This document shows, one piece after another, positions 13,453 to 27,049 of a DNA stretch of 64,000 bases. The notes beneath the pieces were generated by a model. The model saw nothing but the letters and a program-made list of their open reading frames with translations, was not told the DNA's origin and made no database searches. Location of the stretch: positions 992,001 through 1,056,000 of the forward strand of contig CM022676.1 of assembly GCA_012295275.1 (NCBI GenBank), given 5' to 3'. Position 1 is the first letter of the stretch. Every line of letters begins with the position of its first letter. The DNA comes from Chrysomallon squamiferum. Taxonomy: Eukaryota > Animalia > Mollusca. The position numbers were made by a program, and so were the translations under genes.

Positions 13453-14823
13453 AGCTTTGCCAAGCTGGATTTAACATTTCATAGTATACTACTCTGAATA
13501 GATTCATGCCTACTGATTTCATATCACTATACTTTGAAACAAAATAGTTGTTAAATAACAACAATTTGTTTGTTATTTAAACAGTAAAGAAGTAAATTTG
13601 ACAATATATGTTAATAATATGTAAGTAATTTATCAAAGTAAATACACTGCTGTCCCCAAAAGTTATCTTTTTGGTGAGTTCTCAAACACACACACAGACA
13701 CACTGATATTATTTACTTATACAAACACACATACCTAAATTGTATTTGATTTATTTCATATATTGCAGTACAAAGTGAAATGTAAGTAGCTATTAATTTT
13801 TATTTCAAAAAAGCATTACAATATTACTGTTTTAACATTACATTTATTTATTATTATCACATCCATTAGTAATAAAAGAAATCAAATAAAATAAAATTAA
13901 CAATTAGTAATTGATATATAATTTAAGAATTAAAAAATATTTTAATTTGCGTTTGTGGATTTATTTTACACACACACATACACACACACACATTATTATT
14001 ATTATTTTAATACATTAATCAAAATGAAGGAATAAAACAACAAAAAGAAGAAATTTGTGTTTATTTTACAGCAGAAAAGAAGATGAAATGGATAACGTTT
14101 GGACATAATTCACTTTAAATTAAGTTAATATTAACATATTCAATAGTACATTATATCTGTGAAATGAAATTGAACTGAATTTTTTTTTTTTTTTTTTTTT
14201 AAATGATACATTAAAATATAACTAACAGTTTTGATTCCATTACAAAGTAGGTATTAAATACATAAATAAAATAAAATAAAATAAAAATGATTAAGAAGTA
14301 TTAAAAAAATTATATTGTAGTATTACTGTAATAAAACTGCATGAATATTATCATTAATATAAAATTGTATAAACTTCATTCTTGTTTTGTTTTATTTATT
14401 GTACTTTTAATATTAAAATTTTAATGTGTTATTTTAATTTAATATTAACAGCAATAATAAATGTCATCAAAGAATGTTACTTTTTTTTCCTTATCTTTAT
14501 TATTTTTCCTTTTCATTTTAACATCTCTTTTGAGTCTTTAAAAATATTAATTTTCAAGTTGGTAGTCGTTAATTTGTCAGTCCTAGCAGAGGGATGATGT
14601 CTGCTGATAGATGTTACCAGGCCTCACACATCCCATCAAAAAACATGTATTAGCTGATTTATTTATATAAATGTTGGGTAAAGAAAAAATGGACTGGTAG
14701 CCCCAATTTTTAATAATATTGCTATCTTTAACCCTTTAAATCTTCAGTTACAGCTGTCAATCAGGAATTTGCCAAAAAAATTCTAATAAAAAAATCTTAA
14801 AAAAATTAAAAATTAAAAAAATT

Positions 14824-14857
<34 letters not shown>

Positions 14858-15182
14858 TTCTATAAAACTTGATAATTCACTTGTCCAGTATATTTCAATT
14901 TCCATAAAATAAAGCACTGTATATGGACATGACAGAAAATTTTATATAAGATTTTAAACTGAAAAAGAAAAGAAAAAACAAAAATTATATTCAGTTGTAT
15001 TATAAGTTTAACTTTTTACAGTGGCATAATTTAAATAAACTTTCAAAATGAGAATAATTATTATTATATTGAGATAATAGTATGTATTATTTGTATGTGT
15101 TGTGTGTTGTGTACACTGTTATATGTATGTTCAGGTTACAGTTAGAAGTGGATTTCTTGGGTTTTTATCAGTCTGCTTCTTT

Positions 15183-18100
15183 CTAACCAGACTGGGATCC
15201 CAATGTTTCATAACCATCATCTTGATGCTGTATGCTTCCTGATTCTTCACCTTTCTGTGTGCGGGTTTTCAGTGGGTGTGGATTTTGAAGTTGAGAACTG
15301 CTGCAGGGTGGATCTGGTGCTTGATTCATTGGTAGACTATCTTTGTGATTGTCTGCTGAACTGTTAACAAATTTATCCCAGGGTGCTTCATATGTCACCA
15401 CTGCTTTCTGGTTGCTGTTGTTTGCTTTGCTGGAAATCATTGGCTCCAGGTACTCGGGGCTGTCAGGATGGTCCCATGGGGCAGTGTAGTCTGCTGATGT
15501 GACAGTAGTGGTGCCACGGGTATATCGAACTGGCGGTGGAGGTGGCATTTGTCCTGTGAGATTTTTCTTAGCTTTATTCTTTAACTGTCAATGTACATAC
15601 ATAAACATTCACCAAAAATAAACTTACGAGATAAACATGTGCATATAAAGCCATATCAATCCATGATAAAGAGGTAAAAAGGTATTGTGATTAGATATTA
15701 TTTAATTATTATTATGAGAAGTTAAAAAGAGTCAAACAAAACAAACCATATCATCTGTGATTTCTGAATACTGTTCAGTATTGCAGCCATCTTGATCACT
15801 GACATTTGCTGTGTAACTAACACTGTATGGATCAACAGTCCTTGAAATAAAATATTCAAAAGATATATATATATATATATATATCACACACACACACACA
15901 TCCAGACAGATTTATTTTTTAAAATACATATTAAATAATGATGATAACGACAACAAAGACAACAATGACAATAACAAGAACAAGAACGATCATGATGATG
16001 ATAATAGGAGTAATAATAATAATAAAAACCACAATAACAGTAACTAATGATATTAAGAAAAGTAAATTTCTGTTCATAAAATTATTCTCCTGTGGCTGAC
16101 TGGTCCACTAGGGTGTCACAAGCCCTCCTGTCAGTTACAGATTTTTAAATAGACAAATAAAGCATACTGATATTGTCAATAAATAAATAAAAGAGTAAAT
16201 AATAGCTTTCCTAACATAATTTCATGTCAACATCTTACACAGAATGTGTACCAGCTGTATTTATTTAATGTCATTTGGAAATAAAGCTTTGAGATTGTAG
16301 ATCTAGAGTTTTCTACCTTGAGACTCTTGTCTTCCTTTTCTGTTTGATCAAACAGATGACAACAATGAGGATAACAATGATGAGTAAGCCTGCGGATCCA
16401 GCACCTATAATCACTGAAAGATCTGTTTCTGTAAAGTGAAGTGAAGCAAAGGAGACATAAAAAAATTTGTTTACAAAAGTTTGCAAAAACAAATAATGAT
16501 TAAAGAAAAGAAAATAATAAATACAGGACACTGACTACTATGTCTAGTTATTACTGTGGTAATACAAAGAAACTGTATAGTCCACTTTAAGTTTTATTTG
16601 TTTTTATCAATGAATCATAGCTAATAATGAAATATTAAAATATGAAAAGTAAATTAAAGAACATTTTTCTATAGTCATCATATTTCAGAGTAGATTGTAG
16701 ACAAATTAACTGTTAGTTCCTTTTATTGTCATAAAAATATTTTATTAATTTTATTTATTCAGGTGATTTGAATAAAGTACAGTTTGATTTCTGATTTCTT
16801 GCTAAAAGATACATTTTTCATTAAATAGAACATAACAAAAGAATATGTTTACATTTGAAAAATAGACATTTAATAATATATACTGCTGCTACTACTACAG
16901 TTACCTTAAGTGCTGTTCTCATTATTTGAAAAATTGATTTGTCTCAAGAGAAAACAAAGCTTCCAATACACCAAGTAATAAATTTGTCTATATCAGCCAT
17001 CATGTACCAATATAATTACAAGTCTGTCTGTGTTGTATTTAAATGGTGTTATAGTTAACATTGTTACAGTTTACGATGTTTAAGGGAACCGGAAGAAGGG
17101 ACAGTATTATATATGAAGTCACCGGGAGCATGCGTCAGTTTTGTTCGTAGCAATTTTTGAAACGAAATAAATTATTTGGAAATTAAATGAACTTTATGTT
17201 TTAATGTTAAAACATAACAATTGGCGACGAGGATGGGATAACACTTATTGAACTGTTTCCTGAAATTAACTATTTATGAAATATGGCTACCTACGGTAAA
17301 GTTGAAGAGTTTGATCTAGAAAGTTCCGATTGGGATGAATACATCGAACGTTTGGAACAGTATCTGCTGGCGAATGATGTAGACGATGCCGAAAAGAAAC
17401 GTTCCATTTTGTTGTCCGTATGTGGTGCCAAGACTTACAGGTTGATTCGAAATCTGACTTCACCCGAGAAACCGGCAAATAAGACTTACGAACAACTGAA
17501 AACTTTGGTAGGAAATCATCTCAAACCAAAACCTTTGGTGACTGCGGAACGGTTCAAATTCTATCAACGGAAACAAGAGCCCGGAGAGACTGTAAGTGAA
17601 TTTTTGGCTGAATTAAGAAAATTGACAGAACATTGTGAATTTGGTGCATTTTTGACTGAAGCATTAAGAGACATTTTGGTCTGTGGTCTGTCTGAAAAGT
17701 CTATACAGAAAAAACTTCTCTCTGAACATGACTTATCACTGAGTAAAGCATTGCAAATAGCTGTTAGTATGGAAATGGCAGCTAGAGAAACTGACATGCT
17801 GAAAATTGGAATGAAGTCAGAAACGGAAAAGTTCCACAAAGTTTCTGTCATTGAATGCTTCCGGTGCGGTAAAACTAATCATCATCCTGATGCATGTTTT
17901 TACAAAAAGGCAAACTGTTATACGTGTAATGAAACAGGACATTTGAGTAGAAAATGTCGAAATCAAAAAAAAAAAAAAATAGAAAGACAGGAAAGCAAAC
18001 TGCTGGAAAAAGGAAAAAGAAATTTCCAAAGTTGAAAAGAAAAATTCTAAACTGAATGTTGTGAATCAAGATTCTGATCGGGACCTTACGGAATCAGAAA

Positions 18101-21100
18101 GTGGTCCCAGTGATTCTGAAATTGAAAATGCTGAATCTGAAACAGGTTTAAAAATTCATGACGTTCAGGAAGAATCTGGAAGGAACGAAACTGAATCAGA
18201 AATTATAAAAGCTGTTCTTGAAAATAAAGAGGTTGCAATGGAAAGGAATGAAAGTGATTCTGAAACGTCAATTTTCACAGTGAAATCTACAAAAGCGAAA
18301 GAAATTCAAATTTCATTGGAACTCAATGGTGTGCCTTTCAAAATGGAAGTAGATACAGGTGCTTCTGTATCCATAATTTCTAATAAGGTTTATCAGGAAA
18401 AATTGAAGAAAACAGTGCCATTGAAATCAACATCGATTGTGTTGAAAACTTATACTGATGAAGTGGTGCCAGTTCTTGGGAAAATTGAGGTGACTGTTAA
18501 ATATGGAAAGCAGAAAAAACTTTTACCTTTAATTGTGGTGAAAGGAAATGGACCAACTTTGTTTGGGCGGAATTGGTTCCAAAACATTCAGTTGGACTGG
18601 AACAGTATTAAGATTATGAAAGCCTGTGGAAACTCTGAAGATTTGTTCAGTAGATACTCAGTTTTTTCAAATAAGTTGGGAACAGTAAAAGGCATAAGAG
18701 CTCATCTGAAAGTGAAAGAGGATGCTACTCCAAAGTTTTTCAAGGCTAGACCAGTACCTTATGCTTTGAAGGAAAAGATAGCTGATGAACTTCACAGACT
18801 TGAAGCAGAAGGAATTCTAGAAAAGGTAGATTTTTCTGAATGGGCTTCTCCTGTTGTACCTGTTTTAAAACCTGACAATACCATTCGCATTTGTGGCGAT
18901 TACAAGGTTACCATAAATCCTGTGTTGGAAGTGCCTGAGTACCCTTTGCCCACTGCAGAAGACATTTTCAGCAAACTCAATGGAGGACAAAAGTTCTCCA
19001 AACTGGATTTGTCACATGCATACCAGCAAGTGTTGCTTGATGAAAAGTCGAGGAACTATGTCACAATCAATACTCACCTTGGGCTTTATCGCTATACAAG
19101 GTTGCCATTTGGAGTTGCTGCAGCACCTGCTATTTTTCAACAAACTATGGACAAAGTGCTTCAAGGGCTAAAAGGGGTAGGTTACATTTTGGATGACATC
19201 ATAGTCACTGGAAAGGATGACACCGAACACTTGAAACATTTGAAAAAGACTTTAAAACGCCTAGAAAAATATGGAATTCAACTGAAAAGGTCAAAATGTG
19301 CATTGATGAAAGATGAAGTTGAGTACTTTGCATTTATTGTGAACAAAAATGGGATTCAACCTTCTGAAAGAAAAGTTGAAGCTATTCTGAAAGTGCCTGA
19401 ACCTAAGAACAAGATTGAGTTGCAATCTTGGTTAGGTATTGTGAATTACTATCGCAAGTTTGTACCCAACATGTCAACAGTGGTGGCACCGCTAACAGCG
19501 TTGTTAACCAAAGATACAGAGTGGAAATGGAGTGATGATTGTCAGCAAGCATTTTCCAAAGTGGGAAAACTGTTAGCATCATCTAAAATTCTTGTCCACT
19601 ATGACCCAATGAAACCAGTAATGTTGGCAGTAGATGCATCTGCGCATGGTCTTGGAGTGGTAATATCACATGGAAATGAAGGATCAGATAGGCCAATAGC
19701 ATACGCTTCTAGAACTCTGACATCAGCAGAACGCAAGTATTCCCAAATTGAGAAAGAAGCACTGGCAATAATTTTTGGAATACACAAGTTCCATCAGTAC
19801 CTGTATGGTAGAAGATTTACTTTGTTCACAGATCATTAACCACTGACAATGATTCTTGGACCTAAAAAGAATATTCCAGTTCTGACAGCCTCTCGACTAC
19901 AGCGTTGGGCTATTCAGTTAGCCGCATATCAGTTTGACATTAAATACAGAAAAACTACCAAAAATGGAAATGCTGATGCACTGTCCCAACTACCACTTCT
20001 GCAAACTGAAGAAATATCTGAAAGTGTGTTTTGGCATGAAGACAAGCAAGCAATGAGAAATCAAGTCAATGGATTACCTATCACTGCAAGACATATTGCT
20101 AAAGCAACTGCAGTTGACAAAGTATTATCTCGGGTTGTACATTATAACATGTATGGATGGCCAGAAGAGTCTTCTATTTCACCATAGCTGTTACCTTATT
20201 TCAGAGTGAAAGATGAATTAACCGTGGAGGAAAACTGTCTTCTCAGAGGAATGCGAGTGATTATTCCCGATAAATATCGAACAGATATTCTGTATTATCT
20301 TCATGAAAATCATCCTGGAATTGTGCGAATGAAATCTTTGGCTAGATTGCATGTGTGGTGGCCTCATATGGATATTGACATAGAAAAGAAAGTTAGCAAG
20401 TGTAAGTGTTGCCAACTACAACAAACAGTCATGCCAAAAAGTACAGCTAATGCATGGATTTGGCCCACCAAACCATGGCAAAGAATACATGTTGATTTTG
20501 CTGGACCATTCATGAAAGAAATGTTCATGATTGTGGTGGATGCACATTCTAAATGGATGGAAGTTTTTCGAATGTCCAGTACCAGAGTGACGCATGCAGT
20601 AGAGACATTGAGAAATCTCTTTGCAAGTTATGGAATGCCAGAGCAGTTGATTTCTGATAATGGACCTCAGTTTGTTTCAGAGGAATTTGAAACATTTCTT
20701 AAGAAAAATGGAGTGAAACACATCAAATCAGCTCCATACCATCCAAGTTCAAGTGGTGAGGCAGAAAGAACTGTTCGTACTTTCAAAACTGCAATGAAAA
20801 CAGTTGAACATGAGTCACGAACCATGAACCAGAAGATTTCATCATTCTTGTTTTATGATCGGAACACTCCACACTGTACTACAAAATGTACTCCATCAGA
20901 ATTGTTTCTTGGCAGGCGTGTTCGAACGAGATTGGATATTTTTGCGTCCAAGTTTGGAGAACTCTGTTAAAAAGAACTATTCCAAAAGCAAGTAAAACAC
21001 GGGTGTTCAATGTTGGAGATTCAGTACAAGTGAGGAACTACAGAGGATCTGACAAGTGGTTGAGTGGAAAAGTATTGTGTCAGCTAGGGCCTGTTACCTA

Positions 21101-24100
21101 CAGAGTGAAAATTGGAGATTTTGTGTGTAAAAGACATGTGGATCAACTTCAGAAATGTGTGCATTTGGAGGATAATAGGAACCCGTTCCCAGAACTGTCT
21201 GCAATTGGTACGGAGTCTGAAATGGAATTTGTTGAACCAACTGTTCAGGTGGAAGAGACTGAGATCGAAAATAGAACGGTTACTTCTAATGCCGTAGAGG
21301 ATGCTTCTAATGCCATCGACGATACTGTTGACGATGTACGCGAACTACCAATACCGTCTACCCTAAGATACCCTAGGCGTGTTCGAAAAACACCTCAAAG
21401 ACTGATAGAAACTATTTAAAGTGATTTAATCTGAATATGTGTAATACGGAATTCATTGAAAGATTGTAGAATTAGTGTTATTTTTTTTATTATATATTTT
21501 TGTTTTTAAATAATATTTGTGATTTGAAGTTCCATATGTGACCAATAAACATACTTGATAAACTGTAATTGAACTATTACGGTGTCCAATAAAAAAAAAA
21601 AAAAAAAAGTTTATTTTTTAAGTTTAAAGTTCCATTGTTTAATTATTACTAATTAGTAAATCAAACAAATTTATTTTAGAAATTTACATATAACATAATT
21701 TATGGGTAAATTGAAAATTTGGAGGGGAGGAAGTGTTGTATTTAAATGGTGTTATAGTTAACATTGTTACAGTTTACGATGTTTAAGGGAAGAAGGGACA
21801 GTATTATATATGAAGTCACCGGGAGCATGCGTCAGTTTTGTTCGTAGCAATTTTTGAAACGAAATAAATTATTTGGAAATTAAATGAACTTTATGTTTTA
21901 ATGTTAAAACATAACAGTCTGATTTAAATGTGTGTGTGTGTGTGTGTGTGTGTGTGATTGTTGTTGAATGTATATTGTCATTATAATAAACGATGCCAAC
22001 AAAAGGCAAATTGAAAAATAAATAATAATAATGGATATTTAACACATTGAAACCAAATTACCTTTAGGTATCAACCTGCACAAACATTGTAAATATGACA
22101 GCTGCTTATTGAAGAAATTTTCTGTCCTGTTTTCTACATTGCTTTTGAAACATTGAGGCACCACAGCACTCTCATTTTTGGCAGTGTATCTACGAGAAAA
22201 ACATACTTCTATAGTGTGCATCTGAGCTTTTCTGATCCATGGGAAAAAAACTGTGTGTGTGTGTCTTTTGTTTTGTTTTGGTATGTTTTGAATGTTTAGT
22301 TTTATTTGAAGATATGAAGCAGTGTAACATACTTGCAGATTTGTTGAATAGTTTCAGTTTGTGTCGTGTAATTGATACACTCTCTTGTTTCTTTCCAGTC
22401 GTCATTGACAAATTCTTTTTTTGTGTGCTCTTCTAATATGTCTTTAATGTAAAGACGTTCCTGTTTGCTGCACTTTAAGTTCAACTCATCACTTTCCATG
22501 GGCTGGACCAGACTTCAGAGAGAGAGAGAGAGAGAGAATCAATACAACTTGATTGTTAATAACTTTCATTACTTTTTAAAATGAATCAAACCAAAACATT
22601 GTTTATATTAATGTCTTGTCTATGGTATATGTATGTATGTGTGTATATAACAGGAACAATGAACAGAATACTTACTCGCATATATGCTCCAATTTCAACT
22701 CTTCACCTGCTAGAACTCGGAATGGATTCTCCTTGTTGTAAATTTCATCCAAACAGCTTTCGTACTCCTGACATTTTTTACGAACTCTTTCTAAATCAAC
22801 ATTGTTGTTTATTTCTAAAAATATATATTTTATAAGTTTTTTTTTTTTTTCAGTTGAAACTGTGGACTATATTTGTCAGTGGTTTCTAATATAAATTGTG
22901 ACAAACTACTTTAAAATCTGCCAGTAACGTATTTTCAAATGTCTTATATGTATAAAAAGAAATAATACTTTGTTACGGGTTTCTAATTTGATTTAACATT
23001 TTCAAATATTGTTACGTAATTGTCATACATTTACAGTTACCTATTTCTCTAACATTTACAGTTATGTAGTTCTCTAACGTTTGCAGTTGCGTACTTCTCA
23101 GACATTTTTAGTTACGTAGTTCTCTAATATTTATAATTACATAGTTCTCATACATTTACAGTTATATATTTCTCATTTATTGTGTATATAGTTTTCATAC
23201 AATGCTATTTTAAAGTATTAAAAATTAATTTAATAAAAGAACCCATTTATATTCATTCTTTAATAATAAAGAAACCAACCAATAAAAATAAATAAATAAA
23301 TAAATTAATTAATTAAATAAATACATACTGTCATCAATTTGACATTTTGTAGAAGTATGATCCATGGTTGTGTATATGATTTTGTAAATGAAATAGGAAA
23401 ATTATGCTAACAAACAGGATGTGCTAGAAATTTTGAGGAGTGTCTGTTTGTGTGATTCACTGTGATGTCATTTCTTAGTAACTGCCTAATTGTCTTTCAA
23501 CATAAATGTACTTAATATACTTTACATACATACATTCACATACATACACATATACCTACATATAGCAAACACATCAACTCATCTTTCATCCTTAATAAAA
23601 AAAAGTAATAAACATTTTATCTCAATTCACTCATTTCAACACATCAAATAATGGGCTATTTTTCAAGCAGCTGAAAAATGAATAAATTCACATTCACACT
23701 CACAGATTATATAGAAGGGGTGAGAGTACTTTAATAAACATTGCCACTGTGACAATAAACCAATCTAATTTCTAAACAAAATGTATTATTTTTAGAATGA
23801 TCTTTGAATAACTCAATGATTTTCAGTTGATGCAGTCCACATTAATGGTCTGCCAAGTCAGTGTGTAACAGGAGTTCTAAGCCAGTGGATACTAAAATAA
23901 CAGTCTTTTTGACATTAAACACCTTTTAAAGTAGGCATGAGCAACCTTTCTGGAGAAGCGGGCTACATGAGACATGGCTCATCCTCAGGTGGGCAAGGTA
24001 CTAATTTAGGCGATTTTGTGTTTTTACGTAGAGTTTATTTTAAGAAATGTTTTATTTTCATTTACTTCAGGAACTGTTATAATTAAAAAAATGATATGTG

Positions 24101-24629
24101 TTTTAGTACATTAGTAGATACAAAACAGACTCATTTTATAAAATTTGAATTAACATTATTTTCCTTGTGAAATTAGGTGGGCCACTCAAAAAGCCACACA
24201 GGCTGCAGTTTGCCCATGACTGTTTTGAAGTGGCAGCTTTAAATTCTCTTGTGAATTTCATACTGCAGAACCACTAATATTCACATTAGCCATACTATAC
24301 ATGAGAATACGATTTATCACAAAAAAAAAGATATGGTCGTTTTGCAGTTTCAAACAACTCTTAAAAACAAATTAAAAGAAAAAAAAAAAAGACGAATAAT
24401 AACAATCGGAATTGTTTAGGTACCAGTATGAAGAGTATCACCAAAAATTAATTTCTGACCAGATATGTTTATTTTATAATAATAATAATAATATATGGCC
24501 CTATCAAACTGCTTCTTCTATTATATATAATAATGTATATGAACACAAAATATCAATCTCAGTAGCATTTTTATTTTTTATTTTTTAAAAATTATTTTAT
24601 TCTGTCATATAATTCTGAAATCGTACCAT
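15183..24629 (-). CDS. Gene B: single-pass receptor/adaptor with 10-Cys ectodomain and multi-tyrosine tail
   Basis: Phase-compatible exons 22676-22814, 22333-22512, 22062-22189, 16317-16428 (TM VIIGAGSAGLLIIVILIVVICLI-KQKRK), 15747-15840 (YSVSY, QYSEI), 15183-15584 (PPPPPVRY, YTAPWD, YLEP, YEAPWD, GYETL). The 5' exons 23329-23423 and ATG|gtacga at 24627-24629 are less certain because of a 1-nt frame discrepancy. Confidence 0.8.
17031..17219 (+). repeat. 5' LTR (189 bp)
   Basis: Matches the 3' LTR apart from a 6-bp indel. Confidence 0.95.
17283..18035 (+). CDS. gag: Gypsy gag with two zinc knuckles
   Basis: WDEYIERLEQY, ERFKFYQRKQEPGETV, CFRCGKTNHHPDAC and CYTCNETGHLSRKC. Frame breaks at the poly-A run near 17965-17979. 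Confidence 0.9.
   Translation: MATYGKVEEFDLESSDWDEYIERLEQYLLANDVDDAEKKRSILLSVCGAKTYRLIRNLTSPEKPANKTYEQLKTLVGNHLKPKPLVTAERFKFYQRKQEPGETVSEFLAELRKLTEHCEFGAFLTEALRDILVCGLSEKSIQKKLLSEHDLSLSKALQIAVSMEMAARETDMLKIGMKSETEKFHKVSVIECFRCGKTNHHPDACFYKKANCYTCNETGHLSRKCRNQKKKKIERQESKLLEKGKRNFQS
18061..21419 (+). pseudogene. pol: Gypsy pol (protease, RT, RNase H, integrase), disrupted
   Basis: DTGAS protease, ILDDI RT, DASAHGLG and YSQIEKEALA RNase H, HPGIVRMK..C..C, HVDFAGP, SDNGPQF integrase. Stops at 19837-19839 (TDH*PL) and 20185-20187; frameshift near 20945. Confidence 0.92.
21734..21916 (+). repeat. 3' LTR (183 bp)
   Basis: Matches the 5' LTR; preceded by PPT. Confidence 0.95.
23005..23175. repeat. 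~25-bp tandem repeat, about 6-7 degenerate copies, in gene B intron
   Basis: Unit close to acatttacagttacgtagttctcta. Confidence 0.8.
23932..24222 (+). mobile_element. ~290-bp hAT-type MITE, copy 1
   Basis: TIR-like ends taggcatgagcaac / gtttgcccatgactg; 8-bp TSD TTTTAAAG / TTTTGAAG; homologous inverted copy at 48029-48298. Confidence 0.85.
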
Positions 24630-24749
24630 TTAGACGATAGTTTAGTGATTATATATATATATATATTTATGCATTTAACAGCAATAACAACTTCCGGTAA
24701 AACGAGTTTGGAGCAAGCACAAAGACAGAAAAAAATATATATTTCATAT

Positions 24750-24792
<43 letters not shown>

Positions 24793-25093
24793 TTAAATGT
24801 TAATAATAATAACAATAATAATAAAATAAACAAATAAATAAACTCTTTTTTTAAAAAACAAAATTTTATTAGAAACAGGAAAATGGGTTTTTATCCATAT
24901 AGATCGATCCCTTTGTCAAATTAACCGAAGATCGGTCATACTCGCATTAAAATAATTTTAATAAAACGCTCGCCTTCTATTTAATTACAGTAGTTCTTGA
25001 ATGTGAGGAGTTATCCCCCTTGAATAACCGTTACATTTGTTTGGTAACGTAAAACAAATTTTTAAAATAGCATTAATACTAATTTGTTTGTTC
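24630..25093. promoter_or_regulatory. Putative bidirectional promoter between genes B and C
   Basis: ~465 bp between divergent candidate ATG exons; ETS-type ACTTCCGGT near 24690; local CpG enrichment. Confidence 0.45.
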
Positions 25094-25883
25094 ATGGATG
25101 AAAATAAAATGTAAGTGACAAAATTTTAATGTATATCGTTCGTTGAATTCAGCATAGTTAATTATATAACTGTATCTACATATCATTTTCTTTTATTGTT
25201 TTTATTGTTTTTTTTTTAAATCCCTCTTTAAATACAATGCTAACAATTTTATTTATTGATTTATTTTTTTATTATTGTCAAATAAAGAAGTGTATTATAA
25301 CAATCGAAACATTCAGAACCAAATGGAAAAAAAAAGAAAGAAAGAAAGAAGAAAAAAAATAGTATTGAATATACCTAAAAAATTTATTTACGATGTCAAA
25401 AATGGTCACTTGGAATTTAGGAATTTCAAAGATTTTGAAAAAAAAAAATAAGAAAAGAAAAAAAACAACCAACCTTATTTCAAGAGATATCTTTAACAAA
25501 TCTGCATGATCAATCCAATAACATGTTTCTTTATAAAGACTTTAATAAAGGTAGATTTAACTTAATTAAATGTTGTTTTTGGCCCGTTTCAAAGAGTTGT
25601 TGTTCTTGAATAGGCAAATTTTCTATTATTTCGAAGTTTGCTTCTACAAACGACCTTTATAATTTGACTATTAAACACTAAATACGGGATTTCATTTTCA
25701 AAAAGAAAGCAGAATGTGAAAGAAGATAGGTCTAAATGTTCCATTTAAATAATCTAAGCAGCGTAATCGATCGTTTTCGTTTTTTACGATTTCCCTATTT
25801 TGCTTGTGAGAATAAATTTCAAACACGTTTCAAATGCATGTATAATTATTAAAACAGGATACACAAAGACAGAAATTAACATT

Positions 25884-25946
<63 letters not shown>

Positions 25947-27018
25947 TTTTCGTTAAATAAAGGAAATATGAGTTCCTTGAACAAAGTGGGAATACAGTAT
26001 AATTCATTTTAGTTTATTTAATCCATGTGTTTAATTTTCAGAAAGAACCATCATCAGATATATTAAAGTTTCAAAGTAATACATCTTTGATATAATTAAT
26101 TAGTGCACAGGAGTAGCATTATGACTTGCTTTTACTATTTTTAACATCAGTGTCATTTTATTTTTATTTATTTTAAGGTCTGTAACAGTAAAAGCAAAGT
26201 TATGGTCCAAGGCTGACAGAGACAGAAATCAGCCAGAAACCAGCATCAAAAAGGTTATAAAAACTGTCAAGCAGGATCACACAAACAAAAAACAAAATTA
26301 GAACATAAGGAATTATTTGCAAACAAATATTAAAGTTAACCTAAATAATTTTATTTTCACAGAATTCTTTAAAAAAAAAATCATCAAATAACAATAAAAT
26401 AATAAAAAAAATAAAAAAGATATTATTAATATCCTAAAGTCAACACTTGAATTAATTTCTATGTAATGTTGATCATCAGTTTCTTACAAATATATAATAT
26501 TTTTATTTCAGAACACTCGTGATGTCTCTCTCAGAGATGTGATTACCAAACATGCTGATGGTGACAGTAAGTTATATTTTTGTATGGTGAAATAATCCAT
26601 TTTCAGTTGGATACATTGAGTCTTATGACATAGTGGTATGAAGGCTATATTTTCATTGCACCTTTTCATTTAACACAAATAATGTAAACACACAAAATCC
26701 TAATAGCCTCATGATACATTAACATTTTGTCAACAACAAAACTGTCTATATTTTCCAGACAAGTCAGAAAGAAAATCTTCAGTAAAATCTTCCAAAAAGA
26801 ATGAAGAGGTTGATCTTACTTACAAACCTGTTCTTGATAAGGAATGGTCCCTATTGGATGACATCATGTCTCATGTTCAGAATTCTAATCAGTACAAGGA
26901 GATTTCAGAGTTTTTTGTAATTACTTGTTTTTAATTAAATTAATCTATTATTATTTATTCCTTTTTTAATGATAATTTAAGATCTCAATAGCACTAGCGT
27001 ACACATGTGGACACACGC

Positions 27019-27049
<31 letters not shown>

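Larger units (their letters stand above)
17031..21916 (+). mobile_element. Full-length Ty3/Gypsy LTR retrotransposon (Mag/K02A2.6-like), antisense in gene B intron
   Basis: LTRs 17031-17219 and 21734-21916 (TGT...ACA); 5-bp TSD GTCTG (17026-17030, 21917-21921); PBS TGGCGACGAG after the 5' LTR; PPT GGAGGGGAGGAAG 21721-21733; gag-PR-RT-RH-IN order. Confidence 0.97.

Noticed and set aside
23005-23175. Short regularly spaced repeats as a CRISPR-like array
   Set aside because: Head-to-tail tandem units with no unique spacers, no cas genes, eukaryotic intron
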